A stretch of DNA of 63,579 nt, the filler included. It is 4 parts of 4 records of this genome, joined end to end, with 100 filler letters (N's around TTAATTAATTAA, not from the genome) between each part and the next. Parts side by side here need not be neighbours in the genome. Positions count along the whole stretch, not along the records: positions 20,356 to 34,198 come from SRR2962707_2258; 3 more parts are not named here. One strand, given 5' to 3'. Shown here piece after piece: positions 20,356 through 34,298 of this stretch. Below the pieces are notes generated by a model. That model did not search any database. It saw only the letters and a program-made list of their open reading frames with translations, and was not told the DNA's origin. Positions within the stretch are counted from its first letter, which is position 1; every line of letters begins with the position of its first letter. The translations under genes and the position numbers were made by a program.

Positions 20356-20383
20356 GTGTGTGTGCGTGCGTGCGTGTGTGTGT
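20356..20383. repeat. (GT)n/(GCGT)n microsatellite at contig start
   Basis: gtgtgtgtgcgtgcgtgcgtgtgtgtgt. Confidence 0.85.
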
Positions 20384-20413
20384 GATCATCACCGTGGTGG
20401 ATACGTTCCGGCA

Positions 20414-23400
20414 ATGGGCACAGGGTCGTCTGTTCCAGATGTGTTCAAAGATCTCGAAGAGTCTGCGAACAAAGAGGAGCTGGGCAAGCGCCGTGAGAGC
20501 GCCACGGCCGAGTTGCGCGGCAACGGCCACGTTGGTGGTGTGTCTGAGAGTGTGGGCAAAGGCGGTGGCGGCGGGAGCACATTTCTGGGCAAGATTCTGC
20601 GACTTTTGAGATCTGCAGACGTCGGCAAACTCGTCTCTGCAGCCTCTCTCGAGCAACTGGACGAGCTAAACCGTGTGCTCTGCCGCCCAGCAGTCACCGA
20701 GCTCGAGCGAAAGTTGGCGAAAGCCTCGAGGGAGGCGCAGCCAACGATAAAACTCCTCCTGGCTGCCAGCATGGCAGACCAGTCGAAGCTGTACGGTGAG
20801 GAAAAGAGCGACGGTGGTCTCTATGATGGTGGCGTGATTAGCGAGTTGTTTGGGCCTGAGGGCCACCGTGCTGTCGTGCATCATGCAGTTGATTGGGCAG
20901 TGACTGCCGCGTCTTTTGCGCCAGCATCTCCACCCGACGGCACCGGTCCTGCCGTGGTCCAGAGTTTGCACCGGCTGCTCTGCTGTGCTGGGTTCATTCA
21001 TGGCCTTGCCATTGACCAAGGCGCGCCCAGCAATGGCAAACGCGCGAGCTCAGCTCGAGACCTGCACGGTGGTGAAGTTGCCGAGGGGCGCGACGGTGGG
21101 CCTTCGCGGTGTGCGGCGAAGAGCCTGCAACCTCGTCATCTTGGTGATGAAGTCACAACCACAATTTTGACTCAGTCTTCCGCAATTCGCGGCTCAGTTG
21201 ACGACACGTCGGCCACCGACACTATTCGAGGGCCTCAGACATCATTGCAACTTCTTCACAACGGATGTGTCGACCGCTTGTTGAAGCTTGGTACGTGGTT
21301 TTTCAGTGCGCAATCCAAACTGGGCACGCGTGCTCATTTCCGGAGTATGTTGCGGTTGGGCTGCTGCTCTTGTTGCTCGCGGCTGCTGCGACACCTTGAC
21401 TTTGACCCTCCCTTTGCTGCTGCGCATGTAGGTGAACACCTGGAAAGTGCCCATTTCAACAAACGGAAACTTGGCAAGGTCTTGGGCGAGTACCAACCAC
21501 TCATGCGTGACCGCAGTCGATATGACAGCGATGGCATCTCTGAGGCAAATAGTCCTGGAGCCTTTCGTTCCCACGGTGCAGATGAACATCGTACCGCGTC
21601 AGCCCCTGTGGGTGGGGCGATGGCAGGAAATAGGCCCAGCGTGTCGGCATACCGAGTTCGGCAGTTTGTTCCTCCACAATGCGACCAAAATACAGCTGCG
21701 GATGTCGTCGAACAGCACGCACTGGAATGTGTTTACATTCACTTCAATCGATTAATCGCGTTGTCGCTGGACTTGCCCTTCCAGGACCGTGTGAATCGCG
21801 TTCTTGCGGTCGAACGTGAGTATGTGCTCGGCGACGAGGACGTCCAGCGGGTTGAAGACCATGTGAAGAGTGCCAACTCAACCCGCGGTTGGAGCCGATT
21901 CAATCGACCTCTTGCTGGCCGCTCTTCACGTCGACATTTGGGTGGCGGACTGCTCGACCCAGCGAATCTGGTGTCGCCCTTGGTTGGTGGCGGCGTCTCT
22001 TCGGGCGGAATTAAAAGTTTTGAGCGGATGCACCAAAGAATGCTCAGCGAGCAACCAGGGTGGGGTCATGGAAAACGCCCATTTCCGCGAGCTGCTCATG
22101 ATGGCGACGTTTTGCGTTGCACAGCGACCTTTGACGACATAGATACGATGATGCGGAGTTTGGATGCTCTGGGTGAAAGCTTTGGCTCCGGAGATGGGTT
22201 TGTTGACTTTCAAAATGGATTTCAATGGACTGCGGACGAGGTATGGAATGTACTTATTTTTTCTTAGCATTCAGATTGTGTGCAGTTGTCCCAACTCGCC
22301 GCGCGCATCCAGCTGCCCCCACCGCAGCTGCTGCCCTTTTGCTTACTTGCGTGTGGTTATAGTCAGAGCATTCATTTTGCTGCTCATTGTCACAATCTAG
22401 GCCCGACAGCACTACTTTGTGCGAGAGGTTGTGGCCACGGTCGATTACTGCCCTCAGTGGCCTCCCCCGGCACGTGACACTGCCACAACAATAAGTGCTT
22501 CTCAGGCCGGCACACCGCTGAGTAAAAGCAGCAAACGCGGTCGAACTAAAGGCTCTCGCTCAATGGGGTCGCGCAATCATCCGCGCGCGCGCACCCCGCC
22601 GCTGGCTGTGCGCCGCCGCCCGGCGACGTTCGGCCTTCTTCGAGAGGACCCAATGGTGCGATGTATTTGGGACAACTACCTCGAAACTGAGCACATTGCT
22701 CATGGGTTTTCGCGGGGAACGTGGCGAGGCCATGTCCTCCAAGCATTGTCATGGATTGACGGACTTCCCGAAGACACGCCCGTGCACATGGATGCAGAAG
22801 TTCGATGCGTCCTGCGGGAGTACCGGGATGTCTGTGACAGAGACATGGAGGTGGTACGAGAGGTAGCTCGAGCTACAAGCACGGGCACCGCCCTTATGGT
22901 GGAGAGTTTCTTTCGTAAGTATGGCGAACGACATTCGGTCACAGAAGCCTTCGAAGCGGATGGAGCAACAGAGCTCATGAGGGCGTGCCGCGATGGTGCA
23001 GTTGACAGGGTAAAACAGCTTCTTCTCAATGCTGCAGCTAGCAGCAACAACGTGGAGTCTGCAGACTTGATTGATGGTGTACGTTTTGGTCCCTTCTCAT
23101 CAGCGTGCTTTTGAACGGACGACGTTGCGCACCTTGTCGTTTGATCTGTGATTACTGTTCGCTCGAATTCCTTCGCTGATACGAACGTTTACAGCTCGGC
23201 GTAGCGGCAGCGTATGTTCAGTTAGGTTGTGTTGATGCGCTCATCGGTCACGTGGGGCCTGAGGCGTTGGATGACATGGGTGCTCGCAGCAAGCAAACTG
23301 CGTTGCACCGCGCTTGTGCAGGAAGCCCTTCCTGCTCGCAGTTTTCATTGGACGGGGCTCGCGCTGCGGTGGTCATGAAGCTACTTGAGTAGGTCGAGAA

Positions 23401-24390
23401 CAATTTTGCGGCGTGTACTCCTGTTTTCCAATCAGGCCTGACATTTTGCTTGTGTTTTGGGGCTGTACTTATCAAAGGTATAATGCTGATGCCAATGTTC
23501 CTCGCGAGACTGATGGGGCAACACCACTTTTCGTGGCTGCCCAACATAGCTACCAAGGGGTGGTGCGCGTGCTGCTTTCAACCGTGAACCCTGATGGTAT
23601 TGATGCTATGACGAACGCAGGCGCAACGCCCTTGTGGGTCGCTGCGCGAAACAACCACCGCGATTCTGCATCAATGTTGCTCAGCGCTAAAGCAAATCCA
23701 AACGCTGCTGACAATAGACGGCGCACCCCACTCCACCAAGCGGCTCGCGGGGATAATTTGGAGTGCATAAAGCTGCTCCTTCGACGCAAAGCTGACCTTG
23801 ATGCTTGTGCTGTTCCTCCACGAAATTTGACACCGCTGCTTGTTGCAGCCGATCGCGGTGCTGCCGCAGCAGTTGACTACTTATTGCGCGCGAAGGCTGA
23901 CCACTTGGCCCGGGATGGAAATGGGCGCACTGCATTAGAGTGTGCCAAAAAGCAAGGACATAAAAATGTCATTAGGATATTTGCGGAGTGGGATCTAGAA
24001 TTGCGCCGGCGCGAGTCTCTGCGTCCACGCCTTGTTGCAGGAGCAATGGATAGCGGAGGTGCAGAAGACAGTGCGCCCATCACACGCCGTGTTAGCGTTC
24101 GAAACAGTGCCCGTAATTTGATGGCACCCCTCGAAGAAGGCGATCACGAAGATGACGAGGATGATGGGTCGCACAAAGTCTGTAACGGCAGTTCATCCCC
24201 GGCAGTGTCCGTATCGGCACAATCATCCATGTCGCGTTTGACATTATCTCTGACCCCGTCAACTCGAATGGCGGTTGCAGGCAGCCGTGACCAACCCGCC
24301 GCATCGCATGGTCAGAGTGCTGATAAGTCCAACGCTACCCGCCCTCGCTCATCGCATGGGCGCATCCGTATCAGTCGTAGTCCGAAGTGA
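20414..24390 (+). CDS. Eukaryotic 4-exon gene (20414-22240, 22401-23078, 23195-23388, 23478-24390; 1203 aa): MGxxxS N-terminus, putative RelA/SpoT-like nucleotidyltransferase region, ankyrin repeats
   Basis: GT-AG introns of 160, 116 and 89 nt join the exons in frame (3612 nt total). Ankyrin motifs GATPLFVAA, GATPLWVAA, TPLHQAA, TPLLVAA and GRTALECA. Confidence 0.75.
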
Positions 24391-24589
24391 ATCCAATCGA
24401 CGGTCACTTGTCCGTGGGCGTGGTTTCATGCTCACTTCATTGTGCAGTTTCAATAAAAGGAGTAAGCTCAAAAACAACCAGTGGAGCAAGTTTGTTATCG
24501 TTTAGAAAAAAAAAAACATGGAAGTAAGTTAAGTATCAACACAGGAGTTGTTGACAAGTCTGAGCGAATAAATCCAGCTCAGCAAACTT

Positions 24590-27500
24590 CTATGCAACGT
24601 CCGGTCGCGACACAGCTCCGGCAATTCCACTCTGCGTCGGGAAACGAGACTTGCTCATGCGGTGCCGATTGTGGGAGCTATCGGGTTGCCCCATGATTTC
24701 CTTGCTCGACATTGAGGCTTCGTTGTGGGCATGCTGTGCCTCGGGGCGTTCCTCGTCCTCTGAGCCGTCTGATTCAAATCCTTTCAAGTCCGCCCCACGC
24801 TTCGCTTGTGCATTTAACATAGCCCGCTTGTCTGCTGCTTCAAGTTCCATGACTTCGCGCCGTGTTCGCGTCTGAGATAATTGTACTGTCGACGAAACTA
24901 GCGGCGGTAAATGACTCGCCCCAAATATAGCATCGGCATCAGTGTTTCGCTCAGCGACCTAAATGCAAGACCCAAAGTCAAAACGAAATACGAACACATA
25001 CATAATGCGGAACCGCAATTGATACGTTATTAGGTGTTTGGCCTCACCTGCTTGGAGAGTTGTCGGGGAGGAGCCCGGATCGTCAAAGGCAATGAGCGTT
25101 GTGCACGTCGCTGGCCTTCCAGGTGGCGCTGTTTCGCGTAATTATGGGCCGACCCCACAGACGGTGAGGGCACAACAGCTGCGTTTTTCGCCTTGATCGC
25201 GGCGCCTGCCGAAGCAATCGAAAGATCCGGACCAGCGTTGCGTGCTGCTGTGGCAAGCTCCTCCGATGACAACACATCTTGAGGCCCGCGGCGAGCACTT
25301 CTACTGGAGTTGGCACGCTCAATATTTGATGGCGAACGAGCCAATGACAAGTCAAGCGAGCCAGCGTAAGCAAGTGGAGACTCTGAGGGCACAACCCGTT
25401 CGCGAAGGCCGAAAGCTCGACCTATTCCGGGAATATTTTCTAGCGGCGTCTGTAACTCGCGGGGATTCGACGCACCTTGATGCAGAGAAAACTCCTTCTT
25501 TGGAACACTCACCTGAAGCTGCCCACGATGGAAATACAGAGTTTGCTGCGATTGTTGATTGGCTGATGCGCTTGTGGGTATTTGCGACGCCCGCTGCCGT
25601 GCGCGCTCTTCAGCAACAAATGCAGCAACATCGTCGCCATCGTCAGCCAGAGACGCAGTGCCATCATTGTCGTCGATTTGATCTTCGTCATCGCCTTCGG
25701 CTGTGTGCAGGTCGCGCTGTAGTTTTGCAATATCCGTAAAGCTGGATCCACTCAGCAAAGGGTCTGGACGCAAGTTCACAGTCTGGTACATCGGGCGCTG
25801 CCCCGGACGCCGAGCTGGCGCAGTTGCCGGGAGCGCGTACCGATACGCATCATAATACTCGTAATTCCCCTCCACTTCACCAGCCTGTTCGTTTCCTTCG
25901 CCGCTGGCGTACCGATGGTGGTATATGTCGGCATTTCCTGAAGGTACAAATCCAGGCATCAAGTCCTCTGCTCCAGACCCCGTCTCAAACCCATCGGAAG
26001 GATGGTGGTGATGGCGATGACCGTTGTGACTGGCATTGTCATCATTATCCAACGAGCCGAATCGCTTTTGGTGGCTTTGTTCCGAAAATTGTGCCTTGAG
26101 CATGAAGTCCTTTTCTGAAATCGGCAGTCGCTGCGCTGCCTCACCTTCCAGCGAAGCAGGGTAGTGGTCGCTGTGCGTGTCATCAGGGGTCAGAAAGTCA
26201 CCGTCGCTACCCTCTTGATCTATGATTGCTGCGAGCTTGGAAGAACCCGGTACTGAGCCTAGTTCCCGCTCTGTTGGAGTGCCGTTTACCAGATTACGCT
26301 CCAAGCTGCTGGTCACATTTTGCTTCACGTCAAAGCTCCAGCGGCGCGACGAAACGCGCCGAGCAAGATGTGGTGAAGACGCTTCTGCAGTATCGTTTGT
26401 CGACATCTCAATGGGTCGGCGTCCACGGCCATGGTCATGTGGACTGTCAACAACATGACTGCGGTCATCTGCCAAGATGGCACGTGGCTCACTACGCACA
26501 CTTGCTGTTCCAGATGTACTTTGACGACTGCGCGGTATAATTTCTTTTTCCTGTTCAGAGGAGTTTCCAGATCTTGTTGCTTGGCGATCGCAACTGCTAA
26601 CCCGACTTGGTGGACGATTGATGTTGACGCTTTCCTCAGCAGAGTTTTCGTTTTCTTCATCGCCTGTGGCAATCTCAGGCTCGTGATCAAGAGATGATGA
26701 GTCATTTGACACAGCCTGGGACCGGACAAGTTCGGGCTGAATGCCTTGTGGCCGAGAGAGGGACGTTGGGGGCGGAGAGGCATCTGCGGCTGCTGAAGAA
26801 AACACAGGGTGGTCTAGAATACTCTCATGTGACACCACAACAGGTGTCGAGAGCCGTGACCTGCGAGCACCCGCAGCGGTCGATGGTCTGCTCGACGGCA
26901 ACTGGCTCACCCGTGACTCACTCTCCGCCGCCAAAGCAGCTTCTTGCTCAATGGCTGCCATCAACACGTCAGCGTGCGAAATTCGAGTCTCGTTTGTCAC
27001 AACCGTATTGTCATGGGCTTCGTTCTGGCTCTTCGGCTCGTCAGTTTTGTCGTCGAAATCGCCAACCTCGCCTCCTTCAACGATCGTTGTTTGGCGGTGC
27101 CCTGTTGACATTCGTGAGCCAGGTCTCCGCGACCCTCGTGAGGTGCTGTGGCGAGAGTTTGGTCTTGACAAACGGGCGCCGCCGCTGTGGTCTTCCCTTG
27201 TAGTTGTTGCTAAGCGTGATGTGGCCTCGGGGCCAGGTGTACTGTTACGCGAATTCCCCGCAATAGATGCCACTTTTTCGACCGACAAGGTGTAGCGCTC
27301 TGCGGAGCCTGCATCTGCGGAACAGGGCAAAAAAGGATTGGGCTGCGCGAGTCGCTCCGGGTTTGCAGCGAGCGAGAGGTTATTGAAAGCACTGAACGTA
27401 TGCGCAGCATCTTCGCGACGTTTCGTATTGTGATGCGATTCCTGAATACTGGTTGCCAAAGTTTCGTCTCCCTCTGTCGTTTTGTGAAAGCCAAGTACGG

Positions 27501-30500
27501 TATCATCGCTATCGCCACGTGCTTCCTCAGCGCTATTCTCCTGCGCCGGGGAGCCGCCAGACTCCGCACTTGCACTGACATCTGTGTTTTGCTCGCTGGA
27601 AGTATTGCCGGTTGTCGCGGCCACAGCGCTCGTCATCTCTCCAGACTTGGTGACCCGCGCGAATTTGGAGCGGCCTGGTTGAAGTGTGATCAAGGTCGCT
27701 GGAAGAACTTGTTGGCCAGGATCGGCCTGCCAAAAAGATTTTGCTTTCTCGATTTCAGCCATGTGTTCTGCCGTTTCGTCTGGTTCTGCATCTACCCGGC
27801 GACCATTGACGAGAACGACCACCCGCGGACGCCCCGCACTTGCGGCTCTGGGTTGGCGCGGCGGTGCTGGGGCTTTGCGGTACGTTTTCCTTGAAGACGT
27901 GGCACCCATTTCTAAAGAAAGCATCTGCTTGTAGTACGGAACATCCGAAGTGGCTGCAAACTGTTCCAGACCGTTAGGCCTGGTCTCCATGTTCGGGCTT
28001 GCAAGGCTGCCAGTGGATGCGCCCGTCAATGACCCTGTGACAGCCATTTCAGGCTTTGAAGCAACGCGTTGCTGCTGTTCAGATGCTGCTTCTGCGGCTG
28101 CTGCGCGTCTTTCGGCGCCGGCTATTGCTTTTTTAGTTGCTTCATCTATTTCGTCGTCACCGTCCTCCTCACTTTCTCCAAGGAGTGGCACATGCCCGAC
28201 AAGGAAATTGCCGCCAACGTAACCCAGACCAGCAGTAAGGTCTTTCAGAACGGGTGCTTCGGTGGCGTCCGCATCAGCTTCGGATTCACTAACGTCACCG
28301 CTTTCCTCGCTATCACTTCCTGTTGTGTCTCCGTGGTTGCCGCCAGTGCTGTCGTCTGGCTGGTTGAGTGTGGCCAGGAGACTGGAGTCTCCAACTTCCC
28401 GGTAGAACTGGCGTTCCCTGCCAAAGGCCACGCCCTTGCTCTGCTCGTACACAAGCTCAAGTTGTTCTCTCTTATCTAAGCCAGCGGACAGACCTCCACC
28501 GTAAGATGAAAAAGTTGTGTTGTCGTCCTCATCCCCATCATCGGTCATGGAGCCTTTATCGTTCACTTCATTTTGACCAACACTGGCGGAGTTTGCATTC
28601 GTGCCCTTGTCTGCCTTGACCATGCTTCGTCCCACTGATTCAGGTGAATCAAGTGCATCCTCTGGCAACAAGCCTGCACCTTTTCGCTTTGCCCGAGTAG
28701 ACTTTGCTGCACGAGCTGCACTGCCAGTCCCACTGGAACCAACAGACAGTGTTAGTTGCTTTTGGGCCAGTGTCTCCTGCTCTTGAAGTTCTTTGAGCCG
28801 ATCGGCATTTGTGGGTTTTCGGTTAAGCATTTTGTTGAAGTGTTTTACCAACGACACTGCATGCGCTTCGAAGGCGGCGTGCCGCTTCTCAAGGAGTTCA
28901 ATTTCCCCAAGAGCTGCCGATGCTTGCTGTAAACGCATGTCGCCACATTGGCAGCGCTCACGCCACTCCGTGACCTCAGCGACACGCTGAGCAAAAACTC
29001 GCTTCGCTTCGTCCATGTCATCCAAGGTAGTCATCACAAATTGCTGCTGCTGCAGCACAGCTTGATCAAGTACTTCCCTGCTTGCTTGAAGAATTTTGGC
29101 AGATTTGACCAGCGTGTTGTCGTTCCTCACACGTCGCGCTTCAGCCTCAAGTAGCTCTTTTGTTGTATTTTCGAGTCTGAATCGCAAGCTTTTCACCGTC
29201 TTTTTCATTGCCTTCAGGGCATTCTCAGCTGCCACAATTTCTGGAGACCCCTTCGGGTTGGTGCAAGCAAGTTTGAGCTCCTTCACCTCGTCAGCCATGT
29301 CTTCGACAAGCAATGATTTGGCAAGATACCTAAACGCAGTTCAATTCAATATCCGCTGTTAGGAGACAATCAAAGCCACCAGCGGCACATCGAATCGGTA
29401 ACAAAGGAAAACAAAAACTGTCAAACCACGTACTCTCTTTGAGTACTTTCTTTGAGTTTCTGAAGGGCAGGAATATGGTCAACAAGATGCCCATTCGATG
29501 CTGCTGCGTCAGCAAGCCGTTTGGTGTGCATCACGATGGTTTTTTCGGTGCTGTGCTTGCGCGTTTTAAACGCAGCGTTCGCTTTGTGCAACTTGCTCGA
29601 CAACGCATCGACAGCAGCCTTCGCAGAGACTTCTCCGCTCTGCGCTCGACGCAACTCAGCTCGCAGTCGATTTACAAAGTCCACAGCTGCTGCTCGCGAA
29701 GCTCGCTGATCTTCTGCCTTCGGAGCAATCACAGACCTCCAATCGGTGTGATACTGTTGCCACTTGAGCCAGAAACGTAGCGACCCATGAAGATCAAACT
29801 GCTTAGCCTCACACTGCGGCTGGGCTGCAGGCACTGGCACCAGGCGCAACGCTTTAATGTACACGTCCACCACGCGGCTGTGGGTGCACCACCGACGCAC
29901 TGGAGGGCGAAAACATTCAGCATGCTCGCCCACGAGCGGCGTGAACCCATCGCCCGAGTCCGATTCTGCTGCATCAACGCCAGGTTTCTCGTCAAGACAA
30001 TCTGATTTCACGGTTGCCACGCCGGTGGGTGGCCCTCGGCTGCGGCGGATATGAATTGGAACGTACAGCTGGTCTTCTGTGATGTGATGCACTGTGAACG
30101 GCGAAAATCGGGCAAAACGTGTCAGGGCAACATGGGTATTTGCGAGTTTCTCCCCGGTTCCATCTTTGGTGGACTTTGGATCCCCCACACGTGATTTTTT
30201 GCTGTTCGACCTTTTGCCTGCAATGGGAACCGCAGTTTCGAGATCATCTAGTGTCGGCCGCACCTCGACGCCAACAACGGGATATGTATTCCGATGCTTG
30301 AACACTGTGAGATGGATTTGCTCTGCCGACAGTTGGCGCAGATCAACATTGTCATCGCCACTGCCGACCAATGGTTCCAGCTCGACAGGCCCACGCGCGA
30401 TTTCCGGAGCGACTGACGAACTTTCTGAAATGACCGACGAGGCGCCGGTGGCATCATCTTCGAGGTCGTCGTCATCGCTCGCACTGCCCGCGTTTCTAGC

Positions 30501-33500
30501 AGAGGCAGTGGAGACCGGGAGAGTGGACGGGCCCGTGCGTTCTCGAAAAGCAGTAATCGCCGTGCGGTACTCATACCGCTGCACAAGTGCGTCGTCGCGA
30601 GCATCTTGTCGAACCCTCGTGCGCAATACAACTGCGTTGCGCTTGTCGTGCCGCTGCCGAAGCAATCGCAGTACCTTCCGCTCTGACGATTTGCGTCCCG
30701 CAAATGATGGGGTACTGATGCGACCTCCAACAGCAGACGAGGGTCTCGACGACGAACGAGAGGCCAAGCCTGACCTCGAGCCATCCGCTTGCTGATCCAT
30801 GACCGTTGCCAAGAACCCTTTTGCTGCAGCGAGGCGCCCTAAGTACGACGATTCTGCTCGACGCGCCTCGGCAACGCCACGGCGAGTTTCATGAGCTTCA
30901 ATCTGGCGTTTGCTGTCCCAATCCACCAGCTTACCAGCACAGAATTCCCAAATGAGGTGGAAGCTGAATAGTGCCCATTTTTCGAGCATAGCGAGCCGAT
31001 ACTCACGCCTCTCGCTCTTCAAAAACTGTTGCATACTGACACGTCGCAAGTGAATGTCAAGCACTGTGTGGGCAGGTGTCCGATAGGCAGACGCGATCTC
31101 CAATGCCGATTGGTATTCATCCTCTTCTGCAACCTGAGCTGCATTCTCATCGTCGCTGTCAACATCCATGTTTGAGGTGCTCTCCTCTGACTTCGGGATT
31201 CGTGCTTTTGCCTTCAAGGGAGCCCCAGCTTCGAGGAGGCGATGCACACATTGGAAGTGAGCAAAGCTCGGCACTTGGGCAGCAAGAATAAGCGCCGTTG
31301 CCCCAGTTTTGTCCCGGAGGGTGGCCGGCTGACCATTGTTAATCAAACGCTGCACGTGGTCACAACGACCGCGACGGGCCGCGACCAGCAACCGCGGCCG
31401 TTCTGCGACAAGATGTGTTTGTAGTTCTGCGTACTCTGCTCCCTTGAGATCCTTCTTTCGCAGACACTGGAGCGGACTCAAGAAAGCAGCGGTTTCAGTC
31501 TGGGCCAATGCTTTCCCCTGACGCGCGCGCGCGTCCGGGGCAAGCATTGAACGATCAAGTGCAATTGTTTGTAGTGCCATCAGGTCTTTGCTGTCCAGCA
31601 CAGCTTCCTCGTTTTCGTACCTTTGAAGCATTAACATGAACCACAGCAAACCGAATGGTCAAAGCGTTGTTTCCCCACCACACGAAGCCAAGCAGAAAAG
31701 TGGTGCACCACACATAAATATATTTAGCCAATTCGTTTTCGCAAAACACGCTAACGCACTGGAGTTCGCGCATTGTGTGCGTAGCAAAGGTTTTTGACTG
31801 GGCAACAAGGTGCAGAAGTTGTCCTTTCAGCTCCATTGTTGTCACCAGCCGTTTTCGAGATTCTGCCGCGATCAGACGCCAAGCTTTGAAACACCGCCCG
31901 CACACGTTGCGAACCCTTGCTTTGAGATACGTAAATAAAAAACACTCCCAACGCTTGCGGCGCGCCACGACACTTCGCCACTCGCGCCACGCCTGCAACT
32001 GTGTAACTTTGGTGGAGTAGCCAAGCCAGACCCGCAGGGCCTGCTGCGCTGGCCTCGACCTGCGAGTCAACAATGATTACCCTGTTGCGTTAAACTGAGA
32101 CGGTACTTGCACAATGGCTCATGAACACATTTGGCTGACTTGTGTCGGACTTACCCTCGTGGCGCAAGAAGCTTGTGACGCCCATGTGCTCTAAGAACGC
32201 GCAATTCGCCAACCGTGAAGCGCAGTGCTGCCATGTGGACCTTAAGAATTTTTCTTTCGCGCCGACGCGTGAGTTTCCTGTGAATCGCACGGTGCAGTAC
32301 TTGCTGCCGGGCAATGCCTCGCCACTGGCGGACCACTTTGCGCAAAAACCGTCGGTCTTTCCCCTGAGAGCGCACGTAGTTGGACCAATGCCGAAGCACG
32401 AGTCTACAGTGGAACTGACGAGCCCTACTCTCGTTGACACGGTCAGCAACGCGCGCTCGGCAGAATGATTTCCATCGCCACAAAAACCGTCTGACAAAAT
32501 TGAATGCTCCCAGAACGGACGACCGATATGCCCTCAGCTTTCGTGCTTCGTGTGCACGCAACCATTTGTCCCAAGTCGCCCACGGTTTCTCAAAGCGCGG
32601 AAGCCCGGGTCGGTTCTCCCGCACGTGCTTTTTGAAAACAGAATAGCGATGCCACATTTGCACAATAATGCTGAGCCACTCGCCGATCCATATTTGAGAT
32701 CCTTGCTCTGCAGCAGGCAACATCTTATTGGCGTTTCTAATATGCGTGGCGAACTGGAGTCGGAGGCGATGCAACCGAATAGAAAACACTCGCCACAGCT
32801 TGAAGTACTTTTTCATGAGATGAACTCGAAGCTGATACCTGCATAGTCGTGAGCGGCAAGGATTAGTGGCGCGCGAAAGAGGGCCGAGTTGGCATCTTCA
32901 TAGCAACAAGCTCGATGATGCAAAACGCAGTCCATACTCACATGCCCAGCGCGCGACGTTGCTCTGCGTTTTTGCGAGCCTCTGCCGACCCTTCCATCTC
33001 ACCCATGCTTTCTGACGCCGTGCCAATTCCAAGCAATAACGCCATGTTCCCTGCCACCGTCTTTGATTCAGACACAGCATCAAACACGTTCTGTTGGGCC
33101 TTGTTCTTGTACTTTTTTCGATGCGCAAATTCGCGCCATTTGAGAAAGACTGCTCGGCCTTGAATTCGACGATTCATTCGGGCGGCCAAATACAACGCCT
33201 TAAAAGCCAAAAAATGCCTCGTGCGATTCGCTTTGCGGCGGGTCCGCCAACGCTGCAGTTTCGCGAAGGGTTTAGCCATACGATACCACGTTTGGATCTG
33301 CATTACGCCATCAGTCAACCTGAACTGTCGTCGGTAGCTGCGAGTCCACGCATTGATTTCTGCATCGTCATCAACCTCGCTTTCGGTCTCGAAGTTGTCA
33401 ACAGCGGGCGCCCTCCGCTGAGCATTGTTGCTTCTGGAAGGTACAGTCCGAGAACGAGCCGGCGCAGCTCCAGCACCGAAGCCGCCACCAATTCCAAGTC

Positions 33501-34173
33501 CGGCACCGCGACCATTCCCATCGCCTTTTGAAAATGATTGAGCAGACGTCGAACGATGGGAAGCGGCAGTTGACCGCCTGGACGCAGGAGATGACGGGAA
33601 TAGTGCATCCCCTGGGGCAGCAGACGCTTGGTTCGCTTCTGCCACAAAACGCTCTGCAGCCAAGACTCGCTCCTCGAGGTCTCCGAAGGCGCCTTGGATT
33701 GCATTCGTCTGCCCACGAATTGTACGCTGCGTCGGCGCAGTCTGATGAAGAACGACCCGGGTGAAATCGGGCGTCCCCAGCGAAGCGACAAAGTCGAACG
33801 GCTTGGGGGCAAAGTTGTTGCTCCGGGCCACCGTGCGCCGGTAGGCCCGTTCCTGCCTTTCCACTTCTTGTTGGAGCCCGCGCCCCACGAGTCGGCGCGG
33901 AACGTCCGTGGGTCTGCGCTGGAAACTGCGCTTGTCTATCGGGGACTTCACGACTCTCGACCCTTGGAACCACTCAGCCTTGCCCGGCACGCGCCCGCCA
34001 GGGGGTGGCTGCAGCAGCTTCTCTGTTCTTGCCTCCTTCAGAGTGCCTGCGACGCTGCCAGGCCCTTTGAGGGCGTCTCTCGTCGTCGGGACTGCGGGCT
34101 TTGGTTGAAGCCCGTACTTGTTCTCTCGCACCGACTTCTTGCGCTTCGACCGCGTCTTCTGCGATGAAGACAT
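24590..34173 (-). CDS. Eukaryotic 6-exon gene (34173-32942, 32838-32155, 32059-31760, 31620-29434, 29329-25048, 24871-24590; 2988 aa): IQ motif, Sfi1-like W repeats, ankyrin, coiled coil, long disordered tail
   Basis: Five GT-AG introns (donors GTGAGT, GTAAGT, GTGCGT, GTACGT, GTGAGG) join six ORF-track ORFs in frame (8967 nt total). IQTWYR motif, repeated F/LxxW motifs and a GATALILAA ankyrin motif. Confidence 0.75.
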
Positions 34174-34198
34174 TGTTGTTGTTGTTGTTGTTGTTGTT
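34174..34198. repeat. (GTT)n microsatellite at contig end
   Basis: tgttgttgttgttgttgttgttgtt immediately upstream of the minus-strand ATG. Confidence 0.9.
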
Positions 34199-34298
34199 NN
34201 NNNNNNNNNNNNNNNNNNNNNNNNNNNNNNNNNNNNNNNNNNTTAATTAATTAANNNNNNNNNNNNNNNNNNNNNNNNNNNNNNNNNNNNNNNNNNNN
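34199..34298. other. Artificial contig spacer
   Basis: N44-TTAATTAATTAA-N44. Confidence 0.99.

Noticed and set aside
20360-20413. ORF-track start inside the GT microsatellite
   Set aside because: GTG start within a repeat; ATG 20414 (MGTGSS) is the plausible eukaryotic start.
25083-34167. Many overlapping 60-230 aa ORFs in the eukaryotic contig
   Set aside because: Alternate-frame or antisense shadows of the long GC-rich spliced gene.
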